A stretch of 60,056 nt of DNA from Acidimicrobiales bacterium (lineage in GTDB: Bacteria; Actinomycetota; Acidimicrobiia; Acidimicrobiales; JAUTXP01): contig DASRGI010000089.1 of the NCBI GenBank assembly GCA_035651095.1, positions 1 to 60,056 of the forward strand. Reading direction: 5' to 3'. The translations under genes and the position numbers were made by a program. The notes under the pieces were generated by a model. The model made no database searches, had not been told where the DNA came from, and worked only from the letters and a program-made list of their open reading frames with translations. This document shows, one piece after another, positions 8,810 through 18,275 of the stretch (position 1 is its first letter; every line of letters begins with the position of its first letter).

Positions 8810-10250
8810 GCCGCCGCCAACCGAAGACGGCCAACGCCAGCGCGGCCAGCAGTACCACGGGCCCGTCGCCTGTGCGGTTGTAGACGGTCTGGCCCTGGCG
8901 CAGCTTCACCGGCCGCTCCAGCACCTCCTGGCGTCCCAGGGTGCTGCGGACCAGCAGCCGGCCCCGGTGGTCGACGAACGCCGCGTACCCGGTGGGCGCG
9001 GCCTGCACCAGGTCCCGCCCGTTCTCCACGGCCCGCAGCCGGGCAGCGGCCACCTCGGTGGTGGGCACCTGGCTGGTCTTGAACGACGCCGCGTTGGTGG
9101 GCACGAACAGGAGCTGGCCCCCGTCGTGTACGGCGGCCCGGGCCCGGTCGGCGAAGTAGACCTCGTAGGAGATGGTGATGCCCACCCGGCCGGCAGGCGT
9201 GTCCATGGCCCCGCTGCCCGTGCCCGGGATGGCGTCGGCGGGCACGGCCGACAGGTCGGCCAGGCGCGACACCAGGCCCCGGGCGGGCACGTACTCGCCG
9301 AAGGGCACCCGGTGGACCTTCTCGTAGCGCCCGATGATGCGACCATCGGGGCCCCACAGCACGGCCGCGTTGCGGAAGTGGTTGGTGCCCGAACCCTCGA
9401 CCACCCCGCCCAGGATGGGGGCGCCGACAGCGCGGGCCAGGTTGCCCAGGAGCTCGGCTTCAGGGGTCTGGTCGACGGGGGCGTCCACGTCGATGACGTC
9501 CTCGGGCCACAGCACCAGGTCCACCGGCGGGCGCACCAGGGTGGTGGCCTGGAGGTGGCGGTCGAGGACCTCGCTCTTGTCCGTGTTGATAGCCCGCAGG
9601 CCGCGGGGCCCACCGCCCTGCACGGCCGCGACGGTGATCGTCTTCGCGGCGGGCCCGCCGTCGGGCGCCACCGCCCCGGCCACCACACCGCCCAGAGCCA
9701 CGGCCACCAGCACGCCACCCGCCACCCACCGGCGCCGGACGAGGGCGGCCAGCCCGCCGCCGGCGCAGGCCGTCAGCCCCAGCACCAGCAGGGCGCCGCC
9801 CAGCCGGGCCGAACCGAGGGCCGGGCCGCCCGTCTGGCCCAGCGCTACTCCGGCCATGGGCAGGCCGCCCAGCGGCACCCGGTCCCGGGCCGCCTCGGCC
9901 AAGACCAGCCCGGCGGGTACCAGCTCGGGCCGGCGCACCAGGGCCAGGCCGACGGTGACGAAGAAGGTCTCCAGCAACATCACCAGGAACGACCCTGGCC
10001 GGGTGAACTCGCCCATCCACCAGAACCCGATCACGAACTGCCCGAGCCCGAACGCCACCGCCGCTCCCAGCCGCGGTCGCAACGTCAGCCCGTCGAGGCG
10101 CCAGGCCAGCAGGCCCAGCCCGGCCACGGCCAGGGGCCACCAGCCCCACGGGGGCAGAGACACGGCGACCAGCACGCCGGCGAGCAAGCACAGGAGAGCG
10201 TTTCGGATGAGGGGGCAGGCTACGGTCCCGTCCTGCCCATGTGAACGCAT
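8793..10250 (-). CDS. apolipoprotein N-acyltransferase-like protein (CN-hydrolase domain, nucleophile position is Ser)
   Basis: The N-terminal half is multi-TM. The C-terminal half is nitrilase-fold: LVLWPE (Glu), YEKVHRVPFGEYVP (Lys), then GITISYEVYF where Lnt normally has ICYE. The start codon is uncertain. Confidence 0.7.
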   Translation of the reverse strand: MRSHGQDGTVACPLIRNALLCLLAGVLVAVSLPPWGWWPLAVAGLGLLAWRLDGLTLRPRLGAAVAFGLGQFVIGFWWMGEFTRPGSFLVMLLETFFVTVGLALVRRPELVPAGLVLAEAARDRVPLGGLPMAGVALGQTGGPALGSARLGGALLVLGLTACAGGGLAALVRRRWVAGGVLVAVALGGVVAGAVAPDGGPAAKTITVAAVQGGGPRGLRAINTDKSEVLDRHLQATTLVRPPVDLVLWPEDVIDVDAPVDQTPEAELLGNLARAVGAPILGGVVEGSGTNHFRNAAVLWGPDGRIIGRYEKVHRVPFGEYVPARGLVSRLADLSAVPADAIPGTGSGAMDTPAGRVGITISYEVYFADRARAAVHDGGQLLFVPTNAASFKTSQVPTTEVAAARLRAVENGRDLVQAAPTGYAAFVDHRGRLLVRSTLGRQEVLERPVKLRQGQTVYNRTGDGPVVLLAALALAVFGWRRLRSSS

Positions 10251-10305
10251 CTCGTGACGCCCACGCCGCCATGGACCTCGCCCGCGTTACGAGAACGGGA
10301 GGGGG

Positions 10306-11220
10306 CTACTGGAGCTTGGGGAGCTGCTGCTGCAGGGTGGCGACCGGTTCGAACAGGTCGCCCAGCCGCTGCACCCGCTGGACCACGTCGCCCGCCTCGA
10401 ACCGGGACCGCTCCACGTCGCCGCTCGACGCGATGTCGTCCACCTCGTCCCACGTCACCGGCGTGGACACCCACGGCCGTTCCCGGGCCCGCAGCGAGTA
10501 GACGGACACGGTGGTCTTGTACCCGTCGTTCTGGCTCCAGTCGATGAGCACCTTGCCGCCCCGCACGTCCTTCTTCTGCGACGACACGATCTCGTCCGGG
10601 AACTGCTGCTCGAACAGCTGGGCCACGGCCCGGGAGAAGGGCTTGGTCCCGGCGGCCGACTCGTAGTCGGCCTGGCCCGAGTTGAGGGGGACGTACACCT
10701 GGATGCCCTTCGAGCCCGACGTCTTGGCGAACGACTGCAACCCCATCTGCTCGAACAGGTCCCGCAGCCGCAGGGCGACTCGGGCGCAGTCGACGGCGTC
10801 GGCGGGCGGGCCGGGGTCGAGGTCGAACGCCACGGTGGACGGGTGAGGCATGTCGTCGCACCGGGACAGCGACGGGTGCAGTTCCAGCGACGCCATGTTG
10901 GCGACCCACACCAGTGAGGCCAGGTCGTCGACCACGCAGTAGTTCACGATGCCCTTGTTGCGGTCGCTCCAGATCTCGCACGTGCGCATCCACGACGGCC
11001 GGTGCGACGGGCAGCGCTTCTCGTAGAAGAACTTGTCGTCCACGCCGTTGGGGTACCGCTTCAACGTGAGGGGCCGCCCGGCCAGATGGGTGAGCAGGGC
11101 GGGAGCGATGGCGCGGTAGTAGTCGATCACCTGGCCCTTGGTGAACCCCGTGGCCGGGTACATCACCTTGTCCAGGTTGGACAGGGCCAGGGCGCGGCCC
11201 TCCACGGAAACGGTCGTCAC
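10306..11220 (-). CDS. NHEJ polymerase/primase (stand-alone LigD polymerase domain)
   Basis: 304 aa. LSNLDKVMYPATGFTKGQVIDYY..LTLKRYPNGV..LELHP..FDLDPG..KTSGSKGIQVYVPL. Confidence 0.85.
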   Translation of the reverse strand: MTTVSVEGRALALSNLDKVMYPATGFTKGQVIDYYRAIAPALLTHLAGRPLTLKRYPNGVDDKFFYEKRCPSHRPSWMRTCEIWSDRNKGIVNYCVVDDLASLVWVANMASLELHPSLSRCDDMPHPSTVAFDLDPGPPADAVDCARVALRLRDLFEQMGLQSFAKTSGSKGIQVYVPLNSGQADYESAAGTKPFSRAVAQLFEQQFPDEIVSSQKKDVRGGKVLIDWSQNDGYKTTVSVYSLRARERPWVSTPVTWDEVDDIASSGDVERSRFEAGDVVQRVQRLGDLFEPVATLQQQLPKLQ

Positions 11221-12068
11221 GACGCCTTGGTCGACTTGCGGGCCTTCTTGGCCGGGGCCTTCTCTTCGTCGTCAGCCGGTGCACCCTTGGCCGCGGCCAG
11301 CGACGCCTCCAGGGCGGCCATGAGGTCGATCACCGGGGCCGGTCGCTCGGCCTCGGGCTGGGTGACGATCTCCTGGCCCTCGGCCTTCTTCTCGATGAGG
11401 TCGAGCACCCGCTCCCGGTAGGTGTCGCGGTACTTGGCCGGGTCCCACTCGGTGGCCAACGACCCGATGAGCTGCTCGGCCATCTTCAGCTCCCGCTCGC
11501 TCGCATCCGCCTTCGAACCGGGCAGGCTCTCGAGCTCGTCCTGGGCCACGACCTCGTCGGCGAAGTTCATGGTGGTCATCACCAGCGCCTCCTCCACCGG
11601 GCGCACGGCGACGAGGTACTGCTTGGTGCGCATGACGACCTTGGCGATGCCCACCTTCCCCGCGTCCCGCATGGCTTCGAGCAGCAGCCGGTAGGCCTTG
11701 TCACCCTTGCCGTCGGGCACGAGGTAGTAGTTCGAGTCGAAGAACAGCGGGTCGATCTGGTCCAGATCGACGAAGTCCTCGATGTCGATGGTGTGGGTGG
11801 CCTCGGGGTCGAGGGCTTCGAGCTCCTCGGGCTCGATCACGACGTACTGGTTGGGCGAGATCTCGTACCCCTTGACGATCTCCTCGTACGCCACTTCCTT
11901 TTCGTCGGCCGGGCACCACCGCTTCTGCTGGATGCGCGCGCCGTCCTTGCCGTGCAGCTGGTGGAAGCGCACGTCCTTCTTGCGCACGGCCGTGAAGACC
12001 TTGACGGGGACGTTCACGAGCCCGAAGGAGATCGCCCCACTCCAGATGGACCTGGCCATGGGGCCCAT
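11217..12068 (-). CDS. ku: Ku protein
   Basis: 283 aa. IWSGAISFGLVNVPVKVFTAV..VRFHQLH.. with a Lys/Ala-rich C-terminal tail. The stop is coupled to the downstream polymerase start by a 4-nt overlap. Confidence 0.9.
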   Translation of the reverse strand: MGPMARSIWSGAISFGLVNVPVKVFTAVRKKDVRFHQLHGKDGARIQQKRWCPADEKEVAYEEIVKGYEISPNQYVVIEPEELEALDPEATHTIDIEDFVDLDQIDPLFFDSNYYLVPDGKGDKAYRLLLEAMRDAGKVGIAKVVMRTKQYLVAVRPVEEALVMTTMNFADEVVAQDELESLPGSKADASERELKMAEQLIGSLATEWDPAKYRDTYRERVLDLIEKKAEGQEIVTQPEAERPAPVIDLMAALEASLAAAKGAPADDEEKAPAKKARKSTKAS

Positions 12069-12076
12069 TCTTCCCC

Positions 12077-13036
12077 TCAGGTGGGCTCTCTGACCACGTC
12101 ACGTGACGCTTTGTCCGACCGCAGCCCTTTGTACGACGGGTGCCGCAAGGTGCCGGCGGCCGTCCATTCGGTGAACTCGACGTCAGCCACGAGCACGGGC
12201 TCCACCCAGTGGGCGCCCTTCCACGGGACGGGATCGGCGAACGGGGATGTGGGTCGGTCGAGGGATGCGAGGCGCTCCGCCAGGCCGGCCAGCACCTGGT
12301 CGGTGAAGCCCGTCCCCACCTTGCCGGCGAAGCGCAAGCGGTCCCCCTCCCAATACCCGACGAGCAGGGCGCCGATGCGGCCGCTGCGGTTGCCCGACCC
12401 TTCCAGCCACCCGCCGATCACCACCTCCTGGCGGTTCACGTTCTTGACCTTGAGCCAGCAGCGCGAGCGCCGGCCGGGCTCGTACGTCGAGTCCCGCCTC
12501 TTGGCCACCACGCCCTCCAGGCCCCGCTCCTTGGTGGCGGCCAAGAGGGCGTGGCCCTGGCCGGGGAAGGCCTTGGACACCTGCCAGGGCGGCCCGCCTT
12601 CGTCCAGGCCCAGCCCCTCCAGGGCAGCCCGGCGATCGTCGAGCGGCTCGGCCATGAGCGAACGCCCGTCGAGCCACAGCACATCGAACACCAGGTAGGC
12701 GATCGGGTATTCGACCATCAGGTGCTGGACCTGGCGGGAGTCGGTGACGTGCATGCGGTGCTGGAGGCGGCCGAAGCTGGGACGACCCTCGTCGTCGAAC
12801 GTCACCACTTCGCCGTCGAGGATGGCGTCGTGGCCCTGCAGGCCGGCGGGGAGAGCAGCCAGCTCGGGGTACCGGGGGGTGATGTCGAGGAGGTTCCGGC
12901 TCTCCAGTTGGAGCGTCCCTCCCTCGACGTACGACAGGGCGCGCACCCCGTCCCACTTGATCTCGAACGTCCATGCCGTCTCGTCCTCCGGGAGCTTGCC
13001 CGGCGTGGCCAACATCGGGGGGACGTGTCGCGGCAT
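12077..13036 (-). CDS. ATP-dependent DNA ligase (LigD ligase-domain type)
   Basis: ATG at 13036 (M87 of track ORF 12077-13294). MLATPG.., adenylation motif EIKWDGVR, ..LDGEVV.., ..EGVVAKRRDSTYEPGRRS..WLKVK. Confidence 0.85.
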   Translation of the reverse strand: MPRHVPPMLATPGKLPEDETAWTFEIKWDGVRALSYVEGGTLQLESRNLLDITPRYPELAALPAGLQGHDAILDGEVVTFDDEGRPSFGRLQHRMHVTDSRQVQHLMVEYPIAYLVFDVLWLDGRSLMAEPLDDRRAALEGLGLDEGGPPWQVSKAFPGQGHALLAATKERGLEGVVAKRRDSTYEPGRRSRCWLKVKNVNRQEVVIGGWLEGSGNRSGRIGALLVGYWEGDRLRFAGKVGTGFTDQVLAGLAERLASLDRPTSPFADPVPWKGAHWVEPVLVADVEFTEWTAAGTLRHPSYKGLRSDKASRDVVREPT

Positions 13037-13084
13037 CACCACTGCCTGCGTTTCCCGCGTCCAAGCGCTGGGAATCCTGACGCC

Positions 13085-13237
13085 ATGCTTCTCATCCTTC
13101 TGATCGTCCTCATCGTCCTGGCCGTCGGCGGGGGCCTGGGCTACGGCGACGGCGCCTACCGGGCGCCCGGCCTGGGCCTGGGGGGCCTGCTGCTGATCAT
13201 CCTGCTCGTGCTGCTGCTCACCGGTGCCCTGCGGTAG
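13085..13237 (+). CDS. small membrane protein, DUF3309-like (50 aa)
   Basis: MLLILLIVLIVLAVGGGLGYGDGAYRAPGLGLGGLLLIILLVLLLTGALR: two hydrophobic helices flanking a Gly/Tyr loop. In frame with the tail of track ORF 12140-13237. The family name is from memory. Confidence 0.5.
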   Translation: MLLILLIVLIVLAVGGGLGYGDGAYRAPGLGLGGLLLIILLVLLLTGALR

Positions 13238-14504
13238 CCAGCACGGCGCGGGCCGCGGCCCGCCCCGAAGCGATGCAAGCGGGGAGGCCCACACCGCGGA
13301 GGGCGGCGCCGGCCAAGCGGACCCGCGGGTGCGTCTGCGCGAGGGCGGCTTCCACCCGGGCGATGCGGTCCAAGTGGCCGGGCTCGTACTGCGGGAAGGC
13401 GTCAGGCCACGGGCTCACCCGGGTGGACATGGGCTCGGCCTGCACGCCCGTCGCCTCCCGCACCTCGGCCACCAGGTCGGCGGGGTCGACGTCGTTCCCG
13501 TGAGCTGACACGCGCAGCACCACGGTGTCGCCGGCTGACCAGTGGGGCCACTTGTTGGACCCGAACGACGCGGCCGTCATGCGCCGGCCATCGATGGGCG
13601 GCACGAGGAACCCGCTCCCGGTGAGAGGTGCGGGGAACGCGCTCGCCGGCCAGGTGAAGGTGGCCAGCGTCACGGAGCTGTACCTGATGGTTCGGAGCTC
13701 TTCTGAACCTGGACCGAGGAGCGAGGCGGCGGCGAAGGCGGGGACGGCCACCACCACGGGCTCGTCGGGCAGGGCGTCCACGCGGGTGCCCGTCTTGAAC
13801 ACCACGCCCCGCTCGATGAGCGCGTCCACCAGCCGATCGACCAGGACGCCGGTGCCCCCGCGGAGCGAGAGGAAGACGGGACCGCTCGCTGCCGGCCGAG
13901 GCGCCCGGCGCAGGCCCAACAGCAGGCTGCGGGACCGGCGGGCCACGGCGTCCAGTTGGGGGGCGGTGGCAGCCAGGCTCAGGTTGTCGATGCGCCCGGC
14001 GTGAATGCCGCCGAGCAAGGGGTCGACCAGGCGGTCGGCCACCTCGTCGCCGAAGCGGGCCCTGAGGATGCGGCCCACGGAGACGTCGGGACCCCCCGGC
14101 CGCAACGTACGGGGCAGCACCAGGTCGAGCCCGGCTCGGGCCACCCCCGCGGGCGACAGCAGCCCCGACCGCACCAGCCCGGCCAGCCCGGTGGGCACGC
14201 CCAGCACGAGCCCGTCGGGCAGTGCCCGCAACGCCCCCCCGCTCCAGACGAAGGCCTGTCCCGTGGCCGGGGCGACCAGTTCGCCCTCGATGCCCAGCTC
14301 CCGGCACAGCTGGAGGGCGTCGGGCACGCGGGCGAGGAAGGCGTCGGGTCCCTCGTCCACCGGCCGGCCGTCCACGTCGGTGGTGCGGATCTTGCCGCCC
14401 AGCCGGTCACTGGCTTCGTAGACGGTGACGTCGGCCCCTGCCCCCGACGCCTCCCACGCCGCCGCCAGCCCGGCGATGCCGCCGCCGACGACGCTGAGCC
14501 TCAT
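13218..14504 (-). CDS. hemY: protoporphyrinogen/coproporphyrinogen III oxidase (HemY/CgoX type, FAD)
   Basis: The ATG at 14504 overlaps the ferrochelatase stop (ATGA). Dinucleotide fold VVGGGIAGLAAAWE, then ..LGGKIRT..VDEGPDAF... Confidence 0.8.
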   Translation of the reverse strand: MRLSVVGGGIAGLAAAWEASGAGADVTVYEASDRLGGKIRTTDVDGRPVDEGPDAFLARVPDALQLCRELGIEGELVAPATGQAFVWSGGALRALPDGLVLGVPTGLAGLVRSGLLSPAGVARAGLDLVLPRTLRPGGPDVSVGRILRARFGDEVADRLVDPLLGGIHAGRIDNLSLAATAPQLDAVARRSRSLLLGLRRAPRPAASGPVFLSLRGGTGVLVDRLVDALIERGVVFKTGTRVDALPDEPVVVAVPAFAAASLLGPGSEELRTIRYSSVTLATFTWPASAFPAPLTGSGFLVPPIDGRRMTAASFGSNKWPHWSAGDTVVLRVSAHGNDVDPADLVAEVREATGVQAEPMSTRVSPWPDAFPQYEPGHLDRIARVEAALAQTHPRVRLAGAALRGVGLPACIASGRAAARAVLATAGHR

Positions 14505-15397
14505 GTGGTCGCGGCCGCCTGCTGCACCACGCCGGCGACCACCGAGCAGAAGGCGGGATCGTCGTTGAGCGACGCCGTGCGGCCCAGGCGCTTGCCCGCG
14601 GCTTCGGCCGCGGCCCGGGCCTCGATGTCGATGTCGTAGAGCACTTCGAGGTGGTCGCTCGTGAAGCCCACCGGGCACACCAACACGTCGCCGGCAGCCA
14701 GGTCGGGGATGACTTCGACCAGGGACGGCCCCAGCCAGGGCTCGGGCGTGCGCCCGGCCGACTGCCAGGCCACCCGCCAGCGCTCCGGCGGCAGGCCCAA
14801 GGCGTCGGCGACCGCCTGGCCCGTGGCCGCCACCTGCCCGGGGTAGGGGTCGCCCATGGCCCGCACTCGCTCGGGCAGGGAGTGGGCGGTGAAGAGGACC
14901 TGGGCGCCGGGCATGGGCTCGAGGGCGGTGGCCACCCGCCCGGCCAGGAGAGAGACGAGGCCGGGTTCCAGATGCCACGACGGCACACCCGTGTAGGGCA
15001 CGCTGCCGGCGGCCTTCGACGCCCGCTCGTGGTACTCGCCGACCGACAGGGCCGAGTAGTGCGGCGCCAGCACCAGGCCCACGATGCGCTCGGCGCCCTG
15101 CCCGGCGAGCTGGGCCACGGCATCCTCGATGAACGGCGCCGCGTGCTTCTGGCCCAGGGCGGTCACGTAGGCCGGCCCGAGGGCGGCCTGGATGCCGGCG
15201 ACCTGGGAGCGGGTGCGCTCCCGCAGCGGCGAGATGCCGCCGATGGCGGCGTACCGGCGGCGCAGGTCGTCCAGCTGTTCGGGCGTGGGCGGGCGGCCCC
15301 GGCGGATGTGGGTGTAGTAGGCCTCGATCTGGTCGGGTGAGGCCGGGGTGCCGTACGCCATCAGCAGGACGCCGGTCACGCCCGCGTCACCCGCCAT
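14501..15397 (-). CDS. hemH: ferrochelatase (probably coproporphyrin ferrochelatase)
   Basis: 298 aa. [43 protein letters not shown]. Confidence 0.85.
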   Translation of the reverse strand: MAGDAGVTGVLLMAYGTPASPDQIEAYYTHIRRGRPPTPEQLDDLRRRYAAIGGISPLRERTRSQVAGIQAALGPAYVTALGQKHAAPFIEDAVAQLAGQGAERIVGLVLAPHYSALSVGEYHERASKAAGSVPYTGVPSWHLEPGLVSLLAGRVATALEPMPGAQVLFTAHSLPERVRAMGDPYPGQVAATGQAVADALGLPPERWRVAWQSAGRTPEPWLGPSLVEVIPDLAAGDVLVCPVGFTSDHLEVLYDIDIEARAAAEAAGKRLGRTASLNDDPAFCSVVAGVVQQAAATT

Positions 15398-16418
15398 GGA
15401 CCAGCTCCACCACTCGGGCCAGCGTGTCTGGGTCGGTCTCGGGCAGGACCCCGTGGCCCAGGTTGAAGATGTGGCCGGGGCGACCGCCCGCGGCGTCGAG
15501 CACCCGCCTGGCCTCCCGCTCCACCACGGGCCAGGGGGCCAGGCACACGGCCGGGTCGAGGTTGCCCTGCACGCCCTTGTCCGGGCCGACCCGGCGCCAG
15601 GCGTCGTCCAGCGGCACTCGCCAGTCCACGCCCACCACGTCGGCCCCGGCCTCGCCCATGAGCGCCAGGAGCTCGCCCGTCCCCACGCCGAAGTGGATGC
15701 GGGGCACGCCCAGGTCGGCCAGGCCCTCGAAGATGCGGCGGCTGGCAGGCAGGACCCGCTCCCGGTAGTCGCGGGGGTGGAGGACGCCGGCCCAGCTGTC
15801 GAACAGCTGCACGGCCCGGACCCCGTTGGCCACCTGCGAGCGCAGCGAGGCCAGGGCCAGGTCGGCCAGGCGGTCGAGGAGCTCGTCCCACAGCTCGGGC
15901 TCGGCGTGCATGAGGCTCTTGGTCAGGCCGTAGGTGCGGGACGGCCGGCCCTCGATGAGGTAGCTCGCCACCGTGAACGGGGCGCCGGCGAAGCCGATCA
16001 GCGGCACCTCGGGCGGCAGCTCGGCGGCCAGGATGCGCACCGTCTCCAGCACGTAGGGCGTGTCCACCTCCGGCTCCAGCGGCCGCAGGCGGGCCAGGTC
16101 GTCCTTGGACCGGAAGGGCTGGGCCACCACCGGGCCGGTGCCCGGGGCCACGTCCACTCCGAAGCCGATGGCGGCCACGGGCACCACGATGTCGGAATAG
16201 AGGATGGCGGCGTCGACGCCGTAGCGGCGCACGGGCTGGAGGGTGATCTCGGCGGCCAGGTCGGGCTGGGCGATCGCGTCGAGGATGGAGCCGGGGCCCC
16301 GCACGGCCCGGTACTCGGGGTGGGACCGGCCCGCCTGGCGCATGAACCACACGGGCGTGTGGGGGGCGGGCTGGCGCCGGCAGGCGAGCAGGAAGGGTGC
16401 ATCGTCACCGGGAGCCAC
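15387..16418 (-). CDS. hemE: uroporphyrinogen decarboxylase
   Basis: [48 protein letters not shown]. The start is uncertain: I chose the GTG at 16418, and the track ORF extends to 16493. Confidence 0.85.
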   Translation of the reverse strand: MAPGDDAPFLLACRRQPAPHTPVWFMRQAGRSHPEYRAVRGPGSILDAIAQPDLAAEITLQPVRRYGVDAAILYSDIVVPVAAIGFGVDVAPGTGPVVAQPFRSKDDLARLRPLEPEVDTPYVLETVRILAAELPPEVPLIGFAGAPFTVASYLIEGRPSRTYGLTKSLMHAEPELWDELLDRLADLALASLRSQVANGVRAVQLFDSWAGVLHPRDYRERVLPASRRIFEGLADLGVPRIHFGVGTGELLALMGEAGADVVGVDWRVPLDDAWRRVGPDKGVQGNLDPAVCLAPWPVVEREARRVLDAAGGRPGHIFNLGHGVLPETDPDTLARVVELVHGG

Positions 16419-16750
16419 GCCGCCGACGTTACCCGCCCGCCCCAGGCCGCTTTGGCCGCGCTCCGTCCGGTATTTCGGGCAAAGCGCGGCCAAACCGGCG
16501 ACCCGTCCCCGCCAGCGGTGACTAGGCCGGGGGACCGGGGTGTCAACGCCCGGCCGGAGGGGCCGGCGCCTGGCCGGGCCCCCTCGGCCGCCACGGGCCG
16601 CCCGGCCCCGCCAGCGGGCTAGTCACATGTGCCTATCTGTCAACCTTTCTGGCCCTGTTCGCGCCCAGAGCGGCGATTTCGCTACAGGCGGGCACGCACT
16701 GTCACCGATAGAACCAGCAAATGGGACGGGCCGGCGAGGGAGTACAGGCG

Positions 16751-18208
16751 ATGCAGGAACGACGGGGCTGGATCCGATGGGCAACAGGAGCGCTCCTCCT
16801 GGCACTGTCGCTCCCGGCCATCCCTGCCGCGGCCGCCGCCACCGAGGCGGTGGTTGTGCAGGGCCAGAACACCGAAGCCGCGGCCGCCGCCGTCACCGCC
16901 GCCGGTGGCACGGTCACCCGCACGCTCGACCTGGTCCACGGCGTGGCCGCCAAGCTCAGCCCCGCCTCGGCCGCCACCCTCGACGCCGACCCGGCGCTGG
17001 CCGTCACCCCCGATCGCACGCTCCACGTCACCGGCTCGGACTTCACGCCCAGCGCCGACGCCCCCCAGTTCGCCTCCCTCCACACCGGCCCCGACTGGGA
17101 CCCCACCGCCGGTGACGGCGTGGGCGTGGCCTTGGTGGACACCGGTGTCACCGATGCCACGGGCGCCTTCGGCGACCGCCTGGTCGAGGGTGCCGACTTC
17201 TCCGGCGAGGGTGACGGCATCGACCGCTACGGCCACGGCACCTTCATGGCCGGACTCATCGCCGGTGGCGGTGGCCTCGGCGTCGCCCCCGGGGCCACCG
17301 TCGTCAGCGTCAAGGTGGCCGGCGCCGATGGCAGCACCTCGCTCTCGCAGGTTCTGGCCGGGCTCGGCTGGGTCGTGGACAACGCCGAGGACTACGACAT
17401 CCGGGTCCTGAGCCTCTCCTTCGGTGTCGACGCACCCATGCCGTGGCGGGCCGATCCCCTGTCCAACGCCGTCGAGGCGGCGTGGGCCTCCGGCCTGGCC
17501 GTGGTCGTCTCCGCCGGCAACGACGGGGCCGGCGACGTGACCTCGCCCGGTCGTGACCCCTGGGTCATCACCGTGGGTGCCACCGATACGCGGGGCACGG
17601 CCACCACCAAGGACGACACCGTCCCCGACTTCTCGGGCACCGGCCGGGTGGCCAAGGTCCAAAAGCCCGAGGTCGTCGCTCCCGGCGTGGACGTCGTGTC
17701 GCTGCGGGCCCCCGGCTCGTACCTGGACCGTACCTACCCCGTCGCCCGCATGGGCAGGAACTACTTCCGGGGCACCGGCACCTCCATGTCGACCGCCCTC
17801 ACCGCCGGCGGCGCTGCCGTCCTGCTGTGGGGCCACCCCGAGGCCACCCCCGACGACGTCAAGGGCGCCCTGGTCGACGGGGCCGATCGCATCTCCAAGG
17901 GCCAGCGGGCCGTGAACATCGGTGCCGCCCTGGCCGAGAAGCCGGACGACGACTGGGTGCAGAAGCTGCCCTCGGCCGACGGCTCGGACACCGAGTGGGG
18001 CCCGTCCGACCACATGCCCTGGAACGGCACCCGCTGGTCGGGTACCCGCTGGAGCGGGACGCGCTGGAGTGGTACTCGCTGGTCGGGCACGCGGTGGAGC
18101 GCCACCCGCTGGTCGGGCACGCGCTGGTCGGGCACGCGCTGGTCGGGCACCCGCTGGTCGGGCACGCGGTGGAGTGCGACCAGATGGTCGGCCATGGAGT
18201 TCGCGTGA
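16751..18208 (+). CDS. secreted subtilisin-family (S8) serine peptidase with C-terminal (G/A)TRWS repeats
   Basis: ATG at 16751 with GGGAG upstream, then a signal peptide (LLLALSLPAIPAAAAA) and an I9-like propeptide. Catalytic D (VALVDTGV), H (HGTFMAG) and S (GTGTSMSTA). Confidence 0.85.
   Translation: MQERRGWIRWATGALLLALSLPAIPAAAAATEAVVVQGQNTEAAAAAVTAAGGTVTRTLDLVHGVAAKLSPASAATLDADPALAVTPDRTLHVTGSDFTPSADAPQFASLHTGPDWDPTAGDGVGVALVDTGVTDATGAFGDRLVEGADFSGEGDGIDRYGHGTFMAGLIAGGGGLGVAPGATVVSVKVAGADGSTSLSQVLAGLGWVVDNAEDYDIRVLSLSFGVDAPMPWRADPLSNAVEAAWASGLAVVVSAGNDGAGDVTSPGRDPWVITVGATDTRGTATTKDDTVPDFSGTGRVAKVQKPEVVAPGVDVVSLRAPGSYLDRTYPVARMGRNYFRGTGTSMSTALTAGGAAVLLWGHPEATPDDVKGALVDGADRISKGQRAVNIGAALAEKPDDDWVQKLPSADGSDTEWGPSDHMPWNGTRWSGTRWSGTRWSGTRWSGTRWSATRWSGTRWSGTRWSGTRWSGTRWSATRWSAMEFA
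18020..18190 (+). repeat. 11 tandem 15-nt units encoding (G/A)TRWS
   Basis: ..WNGTRWSGTRWSGTRWSGTRWSGTRWSATRWSGTRWSGTRWSGTRWSGTRWSATRWSAMEFA*. The units differ mainly at synonymous positions. Confidence 0.9.
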
Positions 18209-18275
18209 TCTCGGTTCGCGTGATTTCGGTTCGCGTGATTTCGGTTCGCGTGATGGACCGGTTCCCGTGATGCGA
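18199..18275 (+). repeat. 15-bp tandem repeat (4 units plus a diverged fifth) spanning the S8 stop and the kinase start
   Basis: gttcgcgtgatctcg / gttcgcgtgatttcg / gttcgcgtgatttcg / gttcgcgtgatggac / (cg)gttcccgtgatgcga. Unit 1 holds the S8 stop (TGA 18206-18208). The last unit holds the kinase GTG/ATG (18267/18270). Confidence 0.9.

Noticed and set aside
18020-18275. Possible CRISPR array, because of regularly spaced 15-bp repeats.
   Set aside because: The units are directly adjacent with no spacers, the period is only 15 bp, and the first block is clearly coding (GTRWS). There are no cas genes anywhere in the window.
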